From an uncultured Methylomirabilota bacterium (GTDB lineage Bacteria; Methylomirabilota; Methylomirabilia; Methylomirabilales; 2-02-FULL-66-22), in NCBI GenBank assembly GCA_963842855.1, contig CAWJHW010000004.1, forward strand, positions 536,630-600,629: a stretch of DNA of 64,000 bases. The letters are read 5' to 3'. The first letter of the stretch is position 1, and every line of letters begins with the position of its first letter. The translations under genes and the position numbers were made by a program. Shown one piece after another: positions 10,123 to 19,839 of this stretch. The notes under the pieces were generated by a model that saw only the letters and a list, made by a program, of their open reading frames with translations, was not told the origin of the DNA and searched no databases.

Positions 10123-10295
10123 GGGGGAGCGGACCTCTAACCCAGGTTACGCACGAGTACCAAGTTTCAGCGGATTCTTCACGGGCGCGAAGCTGCGAAG
10201 TGTTGAGAAGGAGGGTGGCGCCTCGCCGAAAACCCAATGTAGTGTAGACCTACCCCCTTGCGGACCGTCCTCGACTTGTGGCACCCTCCTGTGCG

Positions 10296-11876
10296 ATGTT
10301 CCTCCGCCAGAACGACCGCGCGAAAGATGGGAAGACCCACACCTACTGGTCGCTGGTGGAGAGCGTCCGCACGCCCGACGGCCCCCGCCAGCGGACGATC
10401 TGCTACCTCGGCGAACTCAACGCCTCCGCGGAAGCCCGCTGGCGGAAGACGATTCAGATTTTCAACGCGCAGGGGGAGTCCGAGCAACTCGCCCTTTTCC
10501 CCGCGGACACCCCTCTTCCCGCTGACCCTCAGGTCGTCGCCGTCCGCTTGGACCGGGTCCGGTGGACCCGCCCCCGGAGCTTCGGCGACGTCTGGATCGG
10601 TTGGACCCTCTGGCAGCGGCTGGGGCTGGATGCCTTCTGGGCCGCGAGGGTGGACAGCGTCCCCGCCGACGTCCCCTGGTCCCGGATCGCCGCCCTCCTC
10701 GCCATCAACCGGCTCTGCGCTCCCGGGAGCGAGCTCGCCATCGAGGCCCGCTGGTACGGGAGCACCGCCTTGGACGACCTCCTCGGGGTGGACGCCGCCC
10801 GGGTGAACACGGACCGGCTCTACCGCTGCCTGGATCGCCTCCTGCCCCACAAGGCGGCCCTGGAGCAGCACCTCAGCGGCCGCTACGGCGAACTCTTCGG
10901 GGCCCAGTACGAGGTCCTCCTCTACGACCTGACGAGCACGTACATGGAAGGGCTGGCCGTCGCCAATCCCCGGATGCAGCGCGGCTACTCCCGCGACCAC
11001 CGTCCGGACTGCAAGCAGGTCGTCCTCGCCCTCGTGGTGAGCCCGGAGGGCTTCCCGTTCGCGTACGAGGTCTTCCCCGGGAACCGGACGGATGTCACGA
11101 CCTTGGAGGAGATCCTCGGGGCGGTAGAGGCCAAGTACGGGATTGCCCAGCGCGTGTGGCTCTTCGACCGGGGTCTCGTGAGCGAGCGGAACTTGGCCTG
11201 CCTCCGGGAGCGAGGCGCTCACTACCTCGTGGGGACCGCCCGGACGCGGCTCCAGGCATTCGAGCGCGCCCTCCTCACCGGGACCTGGCAGCAGGTCCGC
11301 GCCGACGTCGAGGTTCAACTCGTCCCCAGCCCCGACGGGGCCGAGACCTTCGTCCTCTGCCGGAGCGCCGCCCGGCGGGCCAAGGAGCAGGCCATGCGGG
11401 CCCGCGCCCAGCAGCACCTCGACGCAGACCTCGTGCGTCTGGCCACGCAGGTAGCCGCCGGGAAGCTGACGGACCCCGCTCGCATCCACCAGCGCCTCGG
11501 CCGCCTCCGTGAGCGATATCCAGGTGTCGCCCACCTCTACGCGATCGAGCTGGCAAAGGACCGGGCCACCCCGCAGGTGATCTGGCGGGCCCGGCCGGAC
11601 CGGGGGGCGTGGGTGGCAGCCCGCGACGGGGCCTACCTGCTCCGCACGAACCTGACGCATGCGGATCCGGTCCAGCTCTGGGAGCAGTACGTCCAGCTCA
11701 CCGAAGTCGAGGCCGCCTTCCGGGCGTTGAAGAGTGAGCTGGCCCTCCGGCCGATCTGGCATCAGACCGACGCCCGGGTCCAGGCCCACATCCTGGTCGC
11801 CTTCCTCGGCTACGCCCTGTGGGTGGCCCTCAAGCATACCTTGCGCCGGGCGGGGGCCGCCTGCTCCCCCCAGCAC
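10296..11876 (+). pseudogene. IS1634 family (IS4-superfamily DDE) transposase, probably 3'-truncated, reading through into a Sel1 gene remnant
   Basis: MFLRQNDRAKDGKTHTYWSLVES...LLYDLTSTYMEG...RGYSRDHRPDCKQVVLALVV...WLFDRGLVSERN...YLLRTNL...EVEAAFRALKSEL.LRPIWHQ...HILVAFLGYAL is the typical IS1634 pattern. The family-typical C-terminal tail is missing, and the frame runs into unrelated sequence after about 11870. Confidence 0.75.
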
Positions 11877-11877
11877 C

Positions 11878-12329
11878 TACACGTATCAGCACGGCTCCGG
11901 CGTTCCAAAGGATGAGGCCGGGGCTGTGGTCTGGTTCCGTAAGGGCGCTGAGGCTGGAAACGACGTGGCGATGAACGATCTCGGCTTCGTATACGCGAAC
12001 GGCATAGGGGTTGGCAAGGACGAGGCCGAGGGGGTGCGTTGGTATCGCAAGAGCGCTGAGGCCGGCAACACCTTGGCGATGAGGAATCTGGGCATATGTA
12101 CGCGAGTGGCTGGGGCGTGGCGAAGGACGAAGCCGAGGCGGTCCTCTGGATACGTAAGAGCGCAGAAGCCGGAGACATTGACGCGATGAGACTCCTCGGC
12201 ACGATGTATCAGAACGGTATTGGGGTGGCCGCGGACCAAGCGGAGGCCATAAAATGGTTCAAGAAAGCGGCATCGCTCGGAGACAGAGCGGCGATCGAGC
12301 GCCTGAGTGCCCTATCTAAAGAGCGCTGA
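11878..12329 (+). pseudogene. Sel1-repeat (SLR/TPR-like) protein remnant, 5'-truncated with an internal frameshift near 12095
   Basis: Repeats of the form G.GV.KDEAEAV.W.RKSAEAGN..AM..LG.MY occur across two frames (11734-frame, then 12096..12329), ending ...AASLGDRAAIERLSALSKER. Confidence 0.7.
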
Positions 12330-12607
12330 GGCGTTCTTTTCCGTCCAGACGCTCTCCACTGCCGTTCGTCTTCATTCACACTGGGGTCTGGGCGTAGATC
12401 CAGCCGGAGCGCCACGGTTCGGTCCCCGGGGGGAAGCGGGATAGTATGGGCCCGGGAATAAGCCCCGCCGGCCCCCCCTGCATTTGGGTGCCGGGGGGGA
12501 AAATTCCCGGGATGCCCGGAGATTCCCTCGCCGCGATCTCCCTTGCGTTCACACGCCATTCGTGGTATCCGCTTTGACATTAAGGGAGAGGTAGGGGAGA
12601 GGGTACT

Positions 12608-13068
12608 GTGCCCACCAAGCGCAGCCTCTTGTCCTGGCTGAGTGCGCTGGCTTGCCTCGCTCTGGCCGTTCCTGCCCTCCCTGCCTCGCCGCGCCCTCTT
12701 GTCGCCACCGTCAAGCATGTGTCTGACGGCGACTCCGTAACCGTCATCTCCGCCAACGGCACCAGGCCCCGCATGCGACTTCTGGGCATCGACGCCCCGG
12801 AGATCGCACACGGCTCGAAACCCGGCCAGCCCTACGGCGAGGAGGCCCGGGACTACCTCTCGGCGGGAAGACCGTGCGGGTGAACGCCTACGGCCCTGAC
12901 CGTTACCACCGTGTCTTGGCCATGATCTGGGACGAGCAAGTTAACGTGAATCTCTTTATGGTCGCCATGGGCTATGCGGAGGTCTACCGGGGAGCCCGCT
13001 GCCAGGTCTACTGCCGAGAGCTGGACGACGTGGAGGCGAAAGCCCGGCGAGAGCGAGTGGGAATGTGA
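12608..13068 (+). pseudogene. Secreted thermonuclease (SNase-like) family protein with a frameshift near 12858-12862
   Basis: Signal-peptide-like N-terminus (LLSWLSALACLALAVPALPA), then VSDGDSVTV...RMRLLGIDAPE...QPYGEEARDYL. After a one-base slip at a G run it continues (K)TVRVNAYGPDRYHRVLAMIW...VNLFMVAMGYAEVY. Confidence 0.7.
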
Positions 13069-13164
13069 AGGCGAGGCGTGAGCTACGAGAGTCCGGCGGC
13101 GTTCCGAAGCAGATTGAATAATCATAGGGAATACGGTTAGAGCCCATATTCAGGAGGTAATTCA

Positions 13165-14181
13165 GTGACAGGGAGATATTGGATCGTCATATGCCCTGAA
13201 CCCGACGCCCCAGGCGTCTGGCACACGTGGTTTGGGGAGAAGTGCGTGGCCGTAGGTTGGCCTCCGCCAAAATACTCAATGACCGGGCCAACCGATAACG
13301 TCGGCTGGGGATGGGTTCGTGACCGGCTTGGGCAGATGTCCCCGGGAGACAAGGTAATACCTTTCCTGCTGCACAGTCGAGTTGGGCCTGTGGGCATTAT
13401 CGAGCGTGTATTGGTCGCCGATGCCCAGTGGAAGCCGACCGTCCCTCGGGGGAAGTATAGGCGCAATCCAGACGAACCCGAGCTTGGGCGACGGGTTGAG
13501 GTGACCTGGGAAGTGCAGGGGATGCCCCCTGAAGGCATGGCTGCACTGGTGCCCGTCGAAAGTGGTCTCACTCGCCCCCTTGCCCGCCACACCGTCGAGG
13601 AGCTGTCCGCCGAGAAGTTTCAGCGGGTTCAGCAGGTCCTGGCCGCGAGCCAGAATTGGATCGAGATCGACAGAGCTGGAGAAGAGATCGAGCCCGAGGC
13701 TGGCGTTCAGCTCGGAGCACCCCCTGTCATGGGTGTTCTTGAGAGAGATCTGCAGCAGTTTCTCGCCCGGAACCTGGAGCTCATTGAGGCCGGTCTTAAG
13801 CCGCATCCGGATTATCAGCTCATTGAGTTTCCCACGGACGTTGGCTTCATTGACCTGCTCTGTCAGGACAGCACCTGCAGCCTTGTGGTGATCGAGATCA
13901 AGAGTGGCTGGGCTTCGGACAGTGCGGTAGGACAGATCGCCCGCTATATGGGTTGGGTGCAAGCTAACCTCGCGGGCGAGAGGCGATCCCGGGGGATTCT
14001 GCTGTGTGCGGGTGCGTCGCCTACCATATGGGCGGCGTGTCGAGCTATCCCGGGGCTTGAGATGAAACGGTTTCAGTCTGTCTTGCACCGTCGAACAAAT
14101 AGAATTCTAACCCTGGGTCATTTTTCAACCTCTAATGGAACGTGCCGTTGCCGAAGAACGTCAACCAGGGATCCAAATTGA
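13165..14181 (+). CDS. PUA/EVE-like N-terminal domain fused to a NucS/DUF91-type PD-(D/E)xK nuclease domain
   Basis: The N-terminus YWIVICPE...W..W.....VAVGW...MSPGDKVIPFLL...GPVGIIERV looks like a PUA-fold reader. The C-terminus ...FPTDVGFIDLLCQDSTCSLVVIEIKSGWASDSAVGQIARYMGWV...RGILLCAG matches the NucS-type nuclease core. The extreme C-terminus looks odd and may be frameshifted. Confidence 0.6.
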   Translation: MTGRYWIVICPEPDAPGVWHTWFGEKCVAVGWPPPKYSMTGPTDNVGWGWVRDRLGQMSPGDKVIPFLLHSRVGPVGIIERVLVADAQWKPTVPRGKYRRNPDEPELGRRVEVTWEVQGMPPEGMAALVPVESGLTRPLARHTVEELSAEKFQRVQQVLAASQNWIEIDRAGEEIEPEAGVQLGAPPVMGVLERDLQQFLARNLELIEAGLKPHPDYQLIEFPTDVGFIDLLCQDSTCSLVVIEIKSGWASDSAVGQIARYMGWVQANLAGERRSRGILLCAGASPTIWAACRAIPGLEMKRFQSVLHRRTNRILTLGHFSTSNGTCRCRRTSTRDPN

Positions 14182-14254
14182 GATCGCCTGCTTGATCGTT
14201 AGCCGATAGGGCGAAGACACGTCAGAGAATGGATGACGGACGGGAGTTCAACAG

Positions 14255-15619
14255 ATGGGCTTAACTCTGTCGGACACCGCAAAGCTCATGGTTCAGAAGG
14301 TATGGAATCACTACACATCCCTGCCGAGTGAGACGGGTATCGTCTACTACAAGGGCTACGATGCCGAGAGACGTGCCAGACTCCCTAAGATCCTGAATGT
14401 CTTGATGGAGTTCTTTCAATCCCGTATCGCTCTTTCCGAATTCAAGCTCGCAGTTGACAAAGAAAGCAGGAACCACACTTACTGGGGATTCAGGGGCATC
14501 AACGGCCAGATGTTCTTCAACATGCTATTCAACACAGCTGAGGCGGCCAGCCGAGTTGAGGAGTTGTCCTCCTGCCTTAGAGATGGTCTGAGAATGCCTC
14601 CTGATATAAGCGGAGCAAAGAACGCATTAGCACGCATAGTCCGCTTGGCAGAGGAGCTTGCTGAAGCGGCCACGACTCCGCGTAGCGCCCCTCGTCGTGG
14701 GAGTGCCCCATATTTTGCTTCATACTTCTGGCAGGTCCAAGATCCGTCCAAGTGGCCCGTCTACTATACCTCTATGATCGAAGCGCTAGAGGATACTGAA
14801 ATCTGGACCGCTAGCGGGGACCCTGTTCAGGATTATTGCGACTTCTATGCAATTGCCGTTCTTGTACGGGACTTCCTGTCCGGGAGCGCATCCCTGCCCC
14901 TCAGCCACTGGGACATTGAGCACGCTTTCCTCCGATGGTCCCAGCGGGGCAAAACGATCGTGACGCCTGAGCCAACTCCCGAGGCCATAAGAACCCCAAC
15001 CCCACAAGGGCTGGTGCCGCAAATCGTCGAGCCCCTATTTGACAGCTACATTCCCCCGATTGTGGCTGTTTTGCCCAATCTCGCTGCTAATGATTCTGTC
15101 GCCCAACAGCTGGCAGCACGGACGGGACGCTCCGTCGAGAAGATCTTCGAGGAGCGCGTCGCTGTGCTGTTGCGGATGCTTGGCTATCAGGTCGAGGCTC
15201 TGGGACAGGGCATGGGGCGAGTACCTGACGGAATCGCGGTATCCTCAGAGTACCGGTACGGGGTGATTTTTGACGCCAAGGTGCGGAGTGCGGAGTACTT
15301 GCTTGGAACCGACGATAGAGCATTCCGGGAGTATATCGCTACCAATGCGGGAGATCTGAGACGGCGCGGAGTCCGCCAACTCTACTTCATGGTCGTCTCC
15401 AGCGCCTTCGGAGGAGAGTATGATGACGCAATTCGATCTTTGAAGCTCGAAACCGAAGTCAGAGAAGTGGTCCTAGCTGAGGCCGCCGCACTGCTGGCTG
15501 CTCTTGAGCGCCGCCTTCGCGATCCCGACATTCAGCTAGGTCCAGATGGACTTCAACGTTTGTTTGCGAATAGTGGCATACTCACCCGGAACAGCGTTCT
15601 TGCCCTTTTGGGGGAATAG
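14255..15619 (+). CDS. Two-domain nuclease: N-terminal sensor-like domain plus C-terminal FokI-type cleavage domain
   Basis: The C-terminal FEERVAVLLRMLGYQVEALGQGMGRVPDGIAVSSEYRYGVIFDAKVRSAEY...YFMVVSSAFGGEY parallels the FokI cleavage domain (FE..GY..LG...PDG...YGVI.D.K.Y...F.FVS..F.G.Y). N-terminal PYFASYFWQVQDPSKWPVYY resembles N-terminal domains of McrB-like restriction proteins. Confidence 0.6.
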   Translation: MGLTLSDTAKLMVQKVWNHYTSLPSETGIVYYKGYDAERRARLPKILNVLMEFFQSRIALSEFKLAVDKESRNHTYWGFRGINGQMFFNMLFNTAEAASRVEELSSCLRDGLRMPPDISGAKNALARIVRLAEELAEAATTPRSAPRRGSAPYFASYFWQVQDPSKWPVYYTSMIEALEDTEIWTASGDPVQDYCDFYAIAVLVRDFLSGSASLPLSHWDIEHAFLRWSQRGKTIVTPEPTPEAIRTPTPQGLVPQIVEPLFDSYIPPIVAVLPNLAANDSVAQQLAARTGRSVEKIFEERVAVLLRMLGYQVEALGQGMGRVPDGIAVSSEYRYGVIFDAKVRSAEYLLGTDDRAFREYIATNAGDLRRRGVRQLYFMVVSSAFGGEYDDAIRSLKLETEVREVVLAEAAALLAALERRLRDPDIQLGPDGLQRLFANSGILTRNSVLALLGE

Positions 15620-16154
15620 AAGTAAGCGGAAACTTGTCTCGGGGGCAGTTGCCGCGGATTCTTTTGTACACCCCCAGGAAAGAGTTGAGGCCGTCCTGGC
15701 AAACATTTCCGCTGCCGTCAGGATGGGCCATTACCTCGCCACCGAAAAAACGGAGACTGGCGACGGCTCTCTTCGAGGGAGGAAGCGCGGGGCTACCTTG
15801 ACCGTCCGATCGAGGGCAGAGCGATGAAGGCGGAGACCTACGGCCTGGCGTGCTAGCGTCCTTTGAGGCGGGCACCATTAGGTTAGGGATATAGCAGGAA
15901 CTCTTGGGCCGCTGGCATTCCCCCATGCCGGCGCGAGAAGCTGGGAGACTCACCAGATGCGTGGATTGAAGTGGGCTCACCGTCCTGTAGCTGTCGCCCT
16001 GGTCCTGGTCTTTAATTGTAGATCGCTTGGACCAGTACGGTGAGCGTGCGTTCACCAGTCCCGAAGAGAAAAGAGCCGCAGAGCTCTTTTTGAATGTGTA
16101 CACACCTGCAAGCGGCAACGAGGGAAATTAAGGGGCAATTCAGTTGGACGAACC

Positions 16155-16652
16155 ATGAAGCGGGCGAAGCAAACCGATGTAGGATGCTTGAATTGTCGAA
16201 CCGTCCGCTATCCCATTTACGCGCGCGGTTACTGCAATCGCTGCTATCGCCTCGTTCGGAAGCTCGAAATCATCGAACAATGGGACCTCAGAGTTCCTCA
16301 GACGTTACGGGGTTATCCACAGCTGAGGTCCTTCCGAAGAGAGGAGATTCTGCGCGCCTTGCGACACGAATTCACGCATCAGATTCGACGACGACTGGAG
16401 TTCCTGAGGCATCGCGAAGAACAGCGTGAATCCGGTGTCGATGGTTATACGATTGAACTCCTCTTACGACAACTTGCCAAGGCGGCCGGCGCCAGGGGTG
16501 AGGTCCACTATGGTGTGGCGAGCTGGATCGATCACACGTTTCCGCCGGCCCAACACAATGCACTCTTCCGTTTGCTGCAGGATATCGAGGACAAAATCCC
16601 ATGGCGTGGTCTCAACATGGTGGAGGCACTAGGCGGCATATTCTTGCCCTAG
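16155..16652 (+). CDS. Hypothetical zinc-ribbon protein
   Basis: 165-aa ORF with a CLNC...CNRC pair near the N-terminus. It is convergent with the DUF499 gene and its stop overlaps that gene's stop. No family recognised. Confidence 0.4.
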   Translation: MKRAKQTDVGCLNCRTVRYPIYARGYCNRCYRLVRKLEIIEQWDLRVPQTLRGYPQLRSFRREEILRALRHEFTHQIRRRLEFLRHREEQRESGVDGYTIELLLRQLAKAAGARGEVHYGVASWIDHTFPPAQHNALFRLLQDIEDKIPWRGLNMVEALGGIFLP

Positions 16653-19432
16653 TCGATGTCCACATCGAGACGGTCGGAGAGGCCGAGGTCGGCAAGGGCC
16701 TGCTCCAGCTCCCTTTTCAATGAGGCCGCAGTGGAAGCGTCAACGGTCAGCTTCGCATTGAAGAGAAGCTGAAGGTCTGAGCCGGACTTGAGCTTCGGGA
16801 TGAGTCGGGTGCCCAGGCGATTCCAAACTTCGGGCGGGACATTGCCGCTGACCCGCAAGGTCCGCGTCGCTGTAGTAACGGGGCCCTCGGGCTTCACCCC
16901 TACCTCTTTCACGCCAGTTTCGGTTTCGGGCTCAACGACCGCCCCCGTTGTCCCTCCGCCAGTTTCGACTCCGACGCCGGTGGGTTCAGGTATGGATTTG
17001 AGGGCTTTTGCACGAGCCTTCGTGAGCAGGAAAACGTCACCCTCGAAGCTGATCTCGTCGGGGGCCAACAGCTCGGTCCACCAGACACGGTTAAAGGCGC
17101 CGTCAGGTCGCTGGCCTGAGGCCAGACCGAAGTCGCCCTTCCCCACGAACTCTGGGATCTTACCCCGAAGAACCGTGTCCGGGTCCAACAGCCGAGTCAA
17201 GGCCCCGTTGAGGAAGCTCTGACGCAGCCCCGAAAGGGGCCAGGCCCCGGTCTCCTTCAGGGCCGGCGGCCAGTTCCGCTCGATGTAGCCTGCACCGACG
17301 GAGTCGTTGAGCAAGCCCTGGGACTTGAGGGCCGTGATCACCCGGCCACTCAGGGTCTCCGCCGCGCTGGCATGGCCGGCGCCCAGGTCAATCACCTTCA
17401 GGCCATCGGGCTCTTTCTGGTCCGCCAAGACCACGTACCGGTAAGCAGCCCAGACCTCGTCCCTGGCGGTATCTTCGGCGTCGCGTACCTTGCTGGCCAC
17501 CTCAGCCTTCTCGGCCTTTTCGAACTCCCCACCCAGAGTGCCCGCAGCAATTTCATGCTCGACCCGCTTCCAGGCCAGCCACGTCTCAACGCGTTCTTTG
17601 AGGTCACGCCCAGGTTTCCGCAGACACCAGACCAGGGCGGCGGGGTAGAGGCGCGGCGACTTGCCCCGCTGGCTGGTCCATGCAGCGACCTCCCCTCGGG
17701 TCCTGCCCTGTCCGCTCCATTCCGTCTCGGGATCCATCACAATGAGAGACAGCCGGGGGGAGTCCGGGATGGCATCGGCATCCGTGGGGAAGAAGACCAG
17801 GGGCACGGCCGCTCTTGCCTCGAACTCTATCCTGACCAGGGCCTGTGTACTCCTCTTGACCTCGCTTTCGTCCAGAGAGGCCCGGCGATCGTTTACTACC
17901 TTGGTCAGCTTGGGATGGAAGCCAAAGCGATAGCCGTCAGTCCCGGCCTTCCGGATGTAAAAGCCGGTCTTCTCCAGGGCGATGGCGGCGTTGTCAATGG
18001 AGGTGGTGTCCACCTCTGGCTCGCCCAGGGCAAAGCGGAGTTCGGGCAGGTGGGCATATTTGTCCACCATGCCGCCGGAGGACTCGAACAGGATCGCCGC
18101 CCCCACCCGCCGGTGGATGTCCTTGAGGGGGCCCTTGGTGTCCGCATCCAAGCCGCGGGTGCGGGCTGTCTCCCCGGCAATGTCGGTCGTGATGGCCGAT
18201 TCGAGTTTGGTCTCGCCAAGCTGGCCCAGGATGGTGGCCCGGAACTCCGAAACCTCCAGCGGGGCTGAGCCCAGCGTGATCAGCGGCTCGCGCCGGGCCC
18301 GCTTGTAGCCGTCCCGGTACGCCCAGGAGATCCACTGCGCCAGCATCGCCAGCGTCCCTCGAGTCTGCTGGTATTGGGTCAGGGCAACCCATTTGCGCTG
18401 GAATACCGAGAGAGTGGATGGATGGAACGGATAGCACGCTTCAAAACGTCCCTGGAGGAACTCCCGGGCTTTGGCCTCCGTCGCGGTGGAGTCCACCGCC
18501 GTCCATTCCGGCGGCAATTGTGCCCGCCGCTCGAAGCACCAGTCGGCATACGCCTTGGCAACCGCCCTCCGCGTCTTTTCCGCGCCCAGGTCCTCGAACA
18601 GACGCCGGCGGACGACCTCGCTAATCTCGGCCTCGTCCACGGCGATCAGGTCCTTGGCCACCCGCTTGACGACCCTGGTAATCTTTTCCTGCCAATCCAT
18701 GTCATACGCGGTCATCTCGACCTGGCTGCGGGGCAGGCTGATCATGGCCGCCCCCTGGGTTGTGCCTGTCATCGCCACCGTCAAGTTCTGGAGGAAGTCA
18801 CGGAACCCCTCAGCCAGGTCCCGATGCCGGCTCATGAAGTTCAGCACCTCGTCGCAGAGGACCAGGACCCGTCCACCGGCCGCCGTGAACAGCTCCTGGA
18901 GCGCCTCGCTTCCTGGGGGTGTGGTCTTCGCCTTTGGTCCCAGAAGGGCAACCCCCTTCATCCCGGCAAGCTGGTGCGCCAGGTCAATCCAGGGGGTCTC
19001 CCGGCCCTCCCGTGGGTCCCAGGCATTCCCGACGAAGACGGCCACCTGGGCCGAGGGGACCTCTCCCAGTCCTGCTTCCTTGAGCATCCAGGCGACGCCT
19101 GGATCCTTCGCAACCTTCTTCCCGGCCTTCGCCAGGTGGTAGAGGGCGGTCAGCGTGTGGGTCTTCCCGCCGCCGAACTGGGTGACCAGGGTGAGAACCG
19201 GCGCCGTCCGCTCCGTGAGCCCGGCCAGGCGCCGGAGGACCATGCCCGCATGCTCGCGGAGGGCCCGGGTGAAGTAGGTCCGCAAGAAGAACTTCATCGG
19301 ATCGCTGTAGTCCTCCGGCGCGGTCCCCCGGACCACCTGCTCCAGGGCGATGGCGAATTCATCCGGGTGAAACGATCGGCCTTCCCGAACCTCGACCCGC
19401 GGCGTCGCGACCTTGTACCAGGGCTCCATCAC
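16649..19432 (-). CDS. DUF499-type P-loop ATPase (COG1483-like), defence-island ATPase
   Basis: N-terminus MMEPWYKVATPRVEVREGRSFHPDEFAIALEQVV...LVTQFGGGKTHTLTALYHL (Walker A) and overall ~930-aa architecture are typical of DUF499 proteins encoded next to DUF1156 methyltransferases. Confidence 0.8.
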   Translation of the reverse strand: MMEPWYKVATPRVEVREGRSFHPDEFAIALEQVVRGTAPEDYSDPMKFFLRTYFTRALREHAGMVLRRLAGLTERTAPVLTLVTQFGGGKTHTLTALYHLAKAGKKVAKDPGVAWMLKEAGLGEVPSAQVAVFVGNAWDPREGRETPWIDLAHQLAGMKGVALLGPKAKTTPPGSEALQELFTAAGGRVLVLCDEVLNFMSRHRDLAEGFRDFLQNLTVAMTGTTQGAAMISLPRSQVEMTAYDMDWQEKITRVVKRVAKDLIAVDEAEISEVVRRRLFEDLGAEKTRRAVAKAYADWCFERRAQLPPEWTAVDSTATEAKAREFLQGRFEACYPFHPSTLSVFQRKWVALTQYQQTRGTLAMLAQWISWAYRDGYKRARREPLITLGSAPLEVSEFRATILGQLGETKLESAITTDIAGETARTRGLDADTKGPLKDIHRRVGAAILFESSGGMVDKYAHLPELRFALGEPEVDTTSIDNAAIALEKTGFYIRKAGTDGYRFGFHPKLTKVVNDRRASLDESEVKRSTQALVRIEFEARAAVPLVFFPTDADAIPDSPRLSLIVMDPETEWSGQGRTRGEVAAWTSQRGKSPRLYPAALVWCLRKPGRDLKERVETWLAWKRVEHEIAAGTLGGEFEKAEKAEVASKVRDAEDTARDEVWAAYRYVVLADQKEPDGLKVIDLGAGHASAAETLSGRVITALKSQGLLNDSVGAGYIERNWPPALKETGAWPLSGLRQSFLNGALTRLLDPDTVLRGKIPEFVGKGDFGLASGQRPDGAFNRVWWTELLAPDEISFEGDVFLLTKARAKALKSIPEPTGVGVETGGGTTGAVVEPETETGVKEVGVKPEGPVTTATRTLRVSGNVPPEVWNRLGTRLIPKLKSGSDLQLLFNAKLTVDASTAASLKRELEQALADLGLSDRLDVDID

Positions 19433-19439
19433 TGGCTCC

Positions 19440-19838
19440 TCAGGCGACGAGTTCCGTGACTACTGTCAGATCAGGAATATCCCCGAAGTGGGCAGGATTA
19501 TGGGTGACAACGGGACAAGCGCATGCAAGAGCCGTGGCAGCGATCCACGCATCGTCCACGGATATGGGCTGCTGCCTTCGCCCGGCCCGAATTCGCCCCC
19601 AAAGCTGGCATATCCGAATGGAGTATGGAACGACAACGTAGTTCCTGATCTGGGCTCCGAGGGCGGCGAGCCTGGTCTCGCCCCATCCGCTGCGATACGC
19701 CCCCTCGTATAGTTCCGCCACCGTCATGAAGGAAACGGCGAGGGTCCTGCCTTCCAGGTGGCGCCGATATAGCTCCGCACGCGTGTCTCCTCGTATCAAG
19801 AAGGAGATAACGTTCGTGTCCAGGATGACGCCATCCAC
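19440..19838 (-). CDS. vapC: PIN-domain ribonuclease toxin (VapC family)
   Basis: 132 aa with VILDTNVISFL..., TVAELYEG and ...DAWIAATAL...VVTHNPAHF acidic/PIN signature positions. Confidence 0.8.
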   Translation of the reverse strand: MDGVILDTNVISFLIRGDTRAELYRRHLEGRTLAVSFMTVAELYEGAYRSGWGETRLAALGAQIRNYVVVPYSIRICQLWGRIRAGRRQQPISVDDAWIAATALACACPVVTHNPAHFGDIPDLTVVTELVA

Positions 19839-19839
19839 C

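Noticed and set aside
12440-12515. Inverted repeat CCCGGGAAT...ATTCCCGGG upstream of the thermonuclease gene.
   Set aside because: The 9-bp arms contain a SmaI-like palindrome in GC-rich DNA, so this is plausibly chance or a simple operator. There is no second copy or associated feature to interpret.
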